From an uncultured virus (IMG/VR IMGVR_UViG_3300030618_000013) (lineage: Duplodnaviria; Heunggongvirae; Uroviricota; Caudoviricetes), in the IMG/VR virus record IMGVR_UViG_3300030618_000013: 64,000 nucleotides of DNA; one strand, written 5' to 3'. The position numbers and the translations under genes were made by a program. The notes below the pieces were generated by a model. That model searched no databases. It saw only the letters and a program-made list of their open reading frames with translations, and was not told where the DNA came from. This document shows, piece after piece, positions 57,859 through 64,000 of the stretch (the stretch's first letter is position 1; every line of letters starts with the position of its first letter).

Positions 57859-59307
57859 ATGAAGGTTCAAATACACGCTGCACAACGACTGCTGGAGGAT
57901 CAACACGAAAAACTAGCAACTCACAGAGGACATATCCTGGTCCTAGGCTTCGGTGGTGTTGGTCAATCGATTCTCCCCGTAATTCTACGTCACCTCGATG
58001 TAAGTCCTAGCGCGGTAGTCGTTCTGGATAAAGAGGTACGCCCTGAATTTGCTAAATACGAAGATTTGGGTGTAACTTACGTTCATCGTGAAATCGTCAA
58101 ATCTAATTTGGTGCCAACACTAAATGAATTATTGAGTCCCGGTGACTTACTGATTAACGTAAGCTTGAACATAGACGGACTAGAAATCGTTGAGTGGTGC
58201 CTACAAAATAATGTGCTCTACATTGACACGTCTATCGAACGTTGGGCTACTGAACCCGACGAAATCATTCCGGAACTGGGTGAACGCACGCTCTACACAA
58301 CGCATCAAGAAATGCGAAGAATGGCCTCGGCCTATCCTGGGGCCTCTACCTGTGTGGTGACGCATGGAGCTAATCCAGGTCTAGTTTCGCATTTTGTTAA
58401 AGCGGCGTTGCTCAAACTCGCAAAAGATACAGGTCTGAAAACAGGGACCCCTGAGTCCCAAGAGCAATGGGGAATGCTAGCTGAAGCCCTGAATGTGAAA
58501 ATAATTCAAACGGCTGAGCGCGATACACAAATTCTGAAAGAACCCAAGCGTGTTAATGAATTCGTCAACACCTGGAGCTGTGAAGGGTTCTGGGCTGAGG
58601 GTCGAGCACCAGCAGAAATGGGGTGGGGCACGCACGAAAAAGAGATTCCTGCTGACGGTAAAGAACTCGCTGGTGGCTCTGTGCTCTATCTAGAGCAACC
58701 GGGTGTGGAGACCACGGTTAAGTCGTGGGTACCTTTGGGCGGTACATTCAACGGCTATTTGATTCAGCACTCGGAAGCCATCACTATCAGCGAATACTTT
58801 AGTACAGAGAATTATCGACCGACCTGTTACTATGCGTATCAACCGTGTGATGCTGCAATTGCGTCTGTCCATGAAATGAAGGGACAAGAATTGTGGATGC
58901 ACAGAAAGACCCGAATTGCTAAAAATAGTATTCAGAGCGGAATCGATGAACTAGGGGTCTTGCTTCTAGGTCATGAACGGAATGCCCTGTGGTACGGATC
59001 GCAACTTTCTATCGAAGAATCACGGGAACTGGTAGAAGGGCAAAACGCAACAACATTGCAGGTAGTGGGTTCAATGTTAGGTGCTATTGTTTGGATGCTG
59101 GACAATCCTAATCAAGGTTATTGCGAACCAGAGGACCTACCATTTGAATTCGTGTTAAACATCGCTTCGCCCTTCCTTGGGCCTATTGCTGCGGTCTACA
59201 GCGATTGGACGCCCCTAGCCCATGCAAATCGTGAACTGTATGACGACGAGCACGACGACTCAGATGTGTGGGCCTTTTCTAATTTTCGAACTGACAGTGG
59301 ACTATAA
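57859..59307 (+). CDS. hss: homospermidine synthase
   Basis: LGFGGVG Rossmann motif, LYIDTSIE.W, THGANPGLVSHFVK, AERDTQ, FVNTWS.EGF..EG..PAEMGWGTHE, GIDELGVLL, QNATTLQV. Confidence 0.93.
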   Translation: MKVQIHAAQRLLEDQHEKLATHRGHILVLGFGGVGQSILPVILRHLDVSPSAVVVLDKEVRPEFAKYEDLGVTYVHREIVKSNLVPTLNELLSPGDLLINVSLNIDGLEIVEWCLQNNVLYIDTSIERWATEPDEIIPELGERTLYTTHQEMRRMASAYPGASTCVVTHGANPGLVSHFVKAALLKLAKDTGLKTGTPESQEQWGMLAEALNVKIIQTAERDTQILKEPKRVNEFVNTWSCEGFWAEGRAPAEMGWGTHEKEIPADGKELAGGSVLYLEQPGVETTVKSWVPLGGTFNGYLIQHSEAITISEYFSTENYRPTCYYAYQPCDAAIASVHEMKGQELWMHRKTRIAKNSIQSGIDELGVLLLGHERNALWYGSQLSIEESRELVEGQNATTLQVVGSMLGAIVWMLDNPNQGYCEPEDLPFEFVLNIASPFLGPIAAVYSDWTPLAHANRELYDDEHDDSDVWAFSNFRTDSGL

Positions 59308-59308
59308 A

Positions 59309-59884
59309 ATGATAAAAGCAGCGTCACGACTTATTGCTATAGAGGCGTCTAAGGATAAAGAGAATTGGGGACCCGGCATCAGAGGATATCACCAAGCAGT
59401 CGGAGCCTTAGTACTGGCCCTAGACACCGGTAACTTTAGTTTCCAGCTACGTGGTCCTCATTCTGATACACCGAATTGCTACGGAACGTGGGGTGGCTCC
59501 GTTGACGGCGCAGAAGACTTGGTCAATGCCCTACGCCGGGAACTCAGAGAAGAGACCGGCTATAACGGTGAGTGGTCTGTAATGCCGCTCAAGGTATCCA
59601 GAAATGGAAAAGGCTTTGAGTACCACACTTATTTTGTTACTGTCCCCAAGCAGTTCGTAGTCAACCCAGAATCAGAATTCAGGTCAGAATCGACGGCTGC
59701 TATTTGGACAGCTTTCAATCAATGGCCTCAGCCAATGCATCCAGGACTTAAAGCGGTACTGGATGATCCACATGTGCAATTCGTGTTGGAGCAAGCCTTG
59801 AAACGTAGAGCACAGAATTTAAGCACGGGTGTCAAAGTCAATGCAGCATCCAGATTGGTTAACTCCGAACTTTCGATCCGCTAG
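59309..59884 (+). CDS. Nudix hydrolase
   Basis: GTWGGSVDGAEDLVNALRRELREETG Nudix box; P.PMHPGL. Confidence 0.85.
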   Translation: MIKAASRLIAIEASKDKENWGPGIRGYHQAVGALVLALDTGNFSFQLRGPHSDTPNCYGTWGGSVDGAEDLVNALRRELREETGYNGEWSVMPLKVSRNGKGFEYHTYFVTVPKQFVVNPESEFRSESTAAIWTAFNQWPQPMHPGLKAVLDDPHVQFVLEQALKRRAQNLSTGVKVNAASRLVNSELSIR

Positions 59885-59917
59885 TAAATAGGGTTCATAC
59901 AACAACTAAATACAATA

Positions 59918-60379
59918 ATGACTCAGCCTCTAGACGATGACAAAATGTACATGGACTTTGCTAAACGTGCAGCCGAACGAAGTCATGCTCAACGACTTCA
60001 AGTAGGCTGCGTAATTGTGAAGGATGACTCTGTGGTGTCCTATGGTTGGAACGGCATGCCCCAGGGTTACGACAATACATGTGAACATTCGGTACTGTCA
60101 GGATCCGATGTAGGTAACAGCTATGTAATGCATTTCGGTTTGAAGACCAACGATGAGGTCAGTCACGCTGAAATGAATGCTTGTGCAAAGTTAGCAGCAT
60201 CTACGGTAAGCGCTGTTGGTGCCACGCTTTATTGTACGCACGCACCCTGTATTGAGTGCGCGAAACTAATTCAAAGAACAGGTATTGCCGAGGTTGTCTT
60301 TGCCGATTACTATAGAGACAACAAAGGTTTGGCGTTGCTCAACAAACGTGGTATTAGAACTAGCCTTTTGATGTACTAA
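59918..60379 (+). CDS. dCMP deaminase
   Basis: VGCVIV..GWNGMP, HAEMNA, THAPCIECAKLI. Confidence 0.9.
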   Translation: MTQPLDDDKMYMDFAKRAAERSHAQRLQVGCVIVKDDSVVSYGWNGMPQGYDNTCEHSVLSGSDVGNSYVMHFGLKTNDEVSHAEMNACAKLAASTVSAVGATLYCTHAPCIECAKLIQRTGIAEVVFADYYRDNKGLALLNKRGIRTSLLMY

Positions 60380-60730
60380 ATGAAAAACATGAATTCCAAT
60401 CCAAATCCCCAGGGCAATACCGATCATGTGTTCCACAAGAATCGTGTGTTCACAACCAATGACGCATGGCTAGCTATCAAAGAAAGTGTTGGGGTCTACG
60501 AGCTACCTAAAGGTTGGGAACGTATTTACGCTGGACGTAGCCTAACTATTGTTAATCCCAAACGATCCTTCATTTTCAAGGTAACGGTCAACCAAGAGCT
60601 GTATGTTGACCGGAAAATAAATGGTGTGTTCCATAGCGAGCACCATCTATGCAAGTCGAATAAAGAACTGACTGACCTAGCAGTCCAAATACTGGATATG
60701 GCTGTTCCGAAAGTTCAGAATTTGCAGTAA
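60380..60730 (+). CDS. hypothetical protein
   Basis: 116 aa ORF. Confidence 0.65.
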   Translation: MKNMNSNPNPQGNTDHVFHKNRVFTTNDAWLAIKESVGVYELPKGWERIYAGRSLTIVNPKRSFIFKVTVNQELYVDRKINGVFHSEHHLCKSNKELTDLAVQILDMAVPKVQNLQ

Positions 60731-60839
60731 CCATTTTGTGTCTAGGTTGACACAAAAACCTGGACCCTTAGGTCGATTCTGAGCTAGGGACCAGTCTTTA
60801 ACCTTGGCAGAGATGCCTAATTACTAGGAATAGACAATA

Positions 60840-61100
60840 ATGCTTACATTGAAACTTATGACAGGTGCGGCTATGGCTGACTCAGATGCCGCACACGATT
60901 TTATGTTGATTCAAATTAATGACGATGAGGAGCTTTCTTTCGAGAGACGTCCGCGTATAGGTGACGATAATAATTCAAGCCCTGTCTTTGCTGTTATCAA
61001 AAAGTATGGTGATGACACAGGTAAGGAATACTGGCTGCAAGGAAATGCCTACGTATTGAATGCGCAAGGTAAAACAATTGCCAGTCGTGCATCATACTAA
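60840..61100 (+). CDS. small hypothetical protein
   Basis: C-terminal AYVLNAQGKTI motif common in small phage proteins. Confidence 0.7.
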   Translation: MLTLKLMTGAAMADSDAAHDFMLIQINDDEELSFERRPRIGDDNNSSPVFAVIKKYGDDTGKEYWLQGNAYVLNAQGKTIASRASY

Positions 61101-61129
61101 GCTCAGTTTTCAATTAAAGTTTTAGCATA

Positions 61130-61163
61130 AAAGGCGCAAATTCTTCATCGGGTTTGCGCCTTT
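61130..61163 (+). terminator. stem-loop
   Basis: AAAGGCGCAAA / TTTGCGCCTTT 11 bp inverted repeat. Confidence 0.6.
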
Positions 61164-61244
61164 ATTATTAAACCCTCAAATTTAATAGTAACTGGGAGTG
61201 AGAGCCAAATCCCACACCAACTAAAGTTTGAGTGAGGTGATAAA

Positions 61245-62480
61245 TTGCCAATTCGTGAATCAAATAACAACAGGCTACTTCCGGCCAACGCTAGGGCTGC
61301 TGATGTTGCTGAACGTATGGTTGAACACATCATACCTATGCAACAGCGCAGATACTACGATGCTTTTCGTCCGCAGGGCATAACTTGTGTGCACTTCAAC
61401 AGATTGACGTCCGGTCGTAAATGCAATTGCCAAGCTAGTGCTAAACAATTAGGTGGAATCCTAGATGAACAGGGTAAGGCCAGCACCGGCACAATCAATA
61501 GTCTGATCACGGGCCAAACTCCGTTATCGTTCAATGTGACGCCCTATAACTTCAATCAGCAAAGGGTAACAGGTTATAACGGAGAATCCAGTCCTAATGC
61601 TCCGCAGAACAAAAATCAGGGTGTGTTCGATGTTGTGACCCTGGGCGAGGATTTCCCCCTAGCTGATATCACAGACGAAGATTCATTTGGGGACAACGGT
61701 CCAGTTTCTCCCTTATCGCTTGACGACATGGTAGGCGACTTTGATGCCTCAACTATGGGCTTTTCCGATGTAGCGTGCCCCATCTGTTTTGGATCCGGCT
61801 TCATTGGCGGATTTGCACCCTACCACGCGCATCGTCAGGTGTTTACTGTGCCTGATGTCCAGCTCCCATTAACTGGTGAAATTAATCTGGAGGATAAACC
61901 GTGGACGGCCTCAACAGAGACCGGTTTCAATGTCTTAGTTACGCTGCCCAGAGGGGCTATTGGGGTTGACGTGTTCCGAGTCTGGGACTCAGCAATTCCG
62001 GTCCCCGCTAAATTCTCTATTGACGGAAATCCGCTGACTGGCATCACGACCTTACTGTCTTATTGCGATGGAAAGCCACATCTAGTTACTGCTACGTTTA
62101 ACGGACGGTTCACCCATCTAGAACTTCAATTCAACTTGACGACAGAGAGCGTGTATTTCGAGTTCCCAAAACGTCCGACTAGCTCTAATACTGCACTGCT
62201 GGAACAGATGGAACCGTTCCAAATTATACTGAGTCCTAACCTACCCAATATATCGAGCATGGACGTGATCGTTGAATCACAGCTAGGTAAAGTTCTAGTG
62301 GTCCAAAACGTCAATCCTTGGCGTTCCAGATTGCAGAATGTTTTGGGTTGGGAGGTTCAAGTCCGTGTAATTCAGCCTCAAGAATTATTTCGTATCTTGC
62401 CCCACAGAGGAAGAGTTGCGACCAAGGACCGAACTACGTCAATGACCAGAGATAACGTGACAGGCCCCCGTCGCACGTAA
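61245..62480 (+). CDS. putative virion (head-tail/neck-like) protein
   Basis: TTG start with GAGGTG RBS; KCNC..CPICFGSGFIGGF motif seen in large-phage structural proteins; function is inference. Confidence 0.5.
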   Translation: MPIRESNNNRLLPANARAADVAERMVEHIIPMQQRRYYDAFRPQGITCVHFNRLTSGRKCNCQASAKQLGGILDEQGKASTGTINSLITGQTPLSFNVTPYNFNQQRVTGYNGESSPNAPQNKNQGVFDVVTLGEDFPLADITDEDSFGDNGPVSPLSLDDMVGDFDASTMGFSDVACPICFGSGFIGGFAPYHAHRQVFTVPDVQLPLTGEINLEDKPWTASTETGFNVLVTLPRGAIGVDVFRVWDSAIPVPAKFSIDGNPLTGITTLLSYCDGKPHLVTATFNGRFTHLELQFNLTTESVYFEFPKRPTSSNTALLEQMEPFQIILSPNLPNISSMDVIVESQLGKVLVVQNVNPWRSRLQNVLGWEVQVRVIQPQELFRILPHRGRVATKDRTTSMTRDNVTGPRRT

Positions 62481-62521
62481 TTTAACATCAGACAAGCACA
62501 GCCCAGCACATTAGCTTAAGG

Positions 62522-63811
62522 ATGATCATGGCTACCAATGCAGCCCAGAGATTGAAAGCAAGCACGACTAAAGATAAAACAGGTAACGTTAAAACGTCAA
62601 AAAATAAACCAAGAACTCAAGTCAAGGCAGCTGCTCGTATTTGTGCCTTGGAGCTACCTAAGTTCCGATATATTGACGATGTTGCTCGATTTCTTGACCA
62701 GACGGGAAGCACGGTTAAAGAATTAAGTCAGCTAAGTGGAGTCCAGCAGCAACAACTAGCAAAATTAAATCAGGCACAAATCCACACTCATCCCTGCCTA
62801 GTTAAGGCCAGCGGCTTGAGTCTAGACGGCGAGACTCAAACTGATCCTGATCATGAGTCCTTGAAGACCTTGGTTCCCAAAATTGAACAGCTGAATACGC
62901 AATATGTATTGTCAGAAGACTTGTACGAGAAATACAGGGCTTTAGAGGCCCTAGAAACGCAGTTGGCTATACAGTTCACGGATAAGCGGGGCGAGCCTTA
63001 CACGAAGGCCTACGGACTGTTAAAAGCACTGAAGGACAAGATTGGCTTTCAGTTAAAAAACGTTTTAGAATTCTTGAGCAGCGTGGCCTCACACTACGTA
63101 CCTAAAGTGTTTCAGAGCTACGTATCGACATTAGTCCAAGAGCTTCAAGAGCACGTTATATTCGAGCACAAGGAACAGTTTTTGTACGTCAGTGTCAAAG
63201 ACGGAGCCCTAATCTTTACGGATTACATCTTGCTAAAGAACGTAAAGAATGATGACCTACAGGTAACGCCCCATCTCTACATCAGCCTTCAATGGACTGT
63301 GAACCAAGGAATTCAAATTCAGGTTAATCATGAATTTGACTTACCCAATCTGTTACTAGTTGATGGCGGTTCCGAGGTTAGTTCATTGAACGAAGCCTTA
63401 GTGGTGATAGACAAACTTTTGGAACAAGAGAACTTCAGTACTAGCCTAGCTGCTATTCCACTGTCTACCAGAATGAAGAATGATCCTTCCAAGTTCAGTG
63501 CTTCTATGTTTAACTACTGTGATTATATAAAGAAAGTTGACGTTGATGCTAAATGTATATCTTTTAGACTCAAAGCGAATACTACTGTCGAACAGATAGA
63601 CGAAATTAAGTATCCGCTTTATCTTGAGGTCAAACGTTTGTTTGCCAATAGTCCGGTCGTAAAACTTAGAGTGAAGATTGGTGCGAAATTCATATCGTTT
63701 GAACCTCTAACCTCGGGTATTAAATCGGCGGTCATTCCTCATGACGCTGAGGTTTTGGGTTCCAAATTTGGATTCACGGGCCTCCAGATAGCTAAACTAT
63801 TGCAGTTCTAA
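62522..63811 (+). CDS. hypothetical protein with two AAxR tags, possibly virion-associated
   Basis: 429 aa; TNAAQRLKA and VKAAARICA near the N-terminus. Confidence 0.7.
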   Translation: MIMATNAAQRLKASTTKDKTGNVKTSKNKPRTQVKAAARICALELPKFRYIDDVARFLDQTGSTVKELSQLSGVQQQQLAKLNQAQIHTHPCLVKASGLSLDGETQTDPDHESLKTLVPKIEQLNTQYVLSEDLYEKYRALEALETQLAIQFTDKRGEPYTKAYGLLKALKDKIGFQLKNVLEFLSSVASHYVPKVFQSYVSTLVQELQEHVIFEHKEQFLYVSVKDGALIFTDYILLKNVKNDDLQVTPHLYISLQWTVNQGIQIQVNHEFDLPNLLLVDGGSEVSSLNEALVVIDKLLEQENFSTSLAAIPLSTRMKNDPSKFSASMFNYCDYIKKVDVDAKCISFRLKANTTVEQIDEIKYPLYLEVKRLFANSPVVKLRVKIGAKFISFEPLTSGIKSAVIPHDAEVLGSKFGFTGLQIAKLLQF

Positions 63812-63831
63812 TTAATCTAATAAGGCGAGCT

Positions 63832-64000
63832 ATGGAAGGCTTAACTAAAGTTTATGCAGCATCAAGACTGCTGGCCCTCCGTACATTTGAAGGCCCTAAT
63901 TACGATCATGATGCTGTTATCAAAGAATGGCTAAGGGTTCAGGCGAAAGGTGAATTACGGATAGTCGAAACAGATAGACCTAATATTTGGCTGACCGTAG
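63832..64000 (+). CDS. partial gene running off the window, N-terminal KVYAASRLLA tag
   Basis: ATG 63832, open to the window end: MEGLTKVYAASRLLALRTFEG. Confidence 0.7.
   Translation, partial: MEGLTKVYAASRLLALRTFEGPNYDHDAVIKEWLRVQAKGELRIVETDRPNIWLTV

Noticed and set aside
60734..60820. Second tRNA near GGTCGATTC
   Set aside because: Only separate hairpins (TTTTGTGTC/GACACAAAA and others); no cloverleaf, anticodon arm or CCA.
1..64000. Genome-wide TAG reassignment
   Set aside because: Long conserved genes are uninterrupted in code 11, and several genes end in TAG directly before the next gene or promoter (e.g. 47512, 53352, 59884).
1..64000. Minus-strand ORFs from the six-frame track
   Set aside because: Almost all overlap better-supported + strand genes and show no recognisable motifs or RBS.

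Overview
A 64 kb segment of a large lytic tailed phage genome (jumbo-myovirus-like; gene content recalls RSL1-type phages, which is an inference). Essentially all credible genes are on the + strand and densely packed. Recognisable functions: type IIA topoisomerase (GyrB carrying two mini-inteins, plus a short GyrA), RtcB, NAD-dependent DNA ligase, NadM-Nudix plus NAMPT NAD salvage, homospermidine synthase, a second Nudix hydrolase, dCMP deaminase, a MazG-like pyrophosphatase, a PC4-like protein, two acyl carrier proteins, an HNH protein, a J-domain protein and tRNA-Arg(TCT). About 26-56 kb is mostly accessory small genes, many behind a repeated sigma70-type promoter/leader cassette (TTGGCA-N17-TATACT ... 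CCAACGAAAAGGAA). A second motif, (C)TAGTAAATA, marks another gene class. Most notable: (1) a recurrent [VI]xAAxR[LI] peptide tag on unrelated proteins, including enzymes (candidate virion-cargo addressing signal); (2) an identical two-hairpin leader on both NAD salvage genes; (3) a Pro1 class 3 intein in the GyrB TOPRIM motif; (4) an ACP lacking its phosphopantetheine serine; (5) an Acb1/gp57B-like 2H protein with degenerate catalytic motifs; (6) several broken genes, one at a (TA)5 tract. All assignments come from motif recognition by eye; no database search or folding was run.
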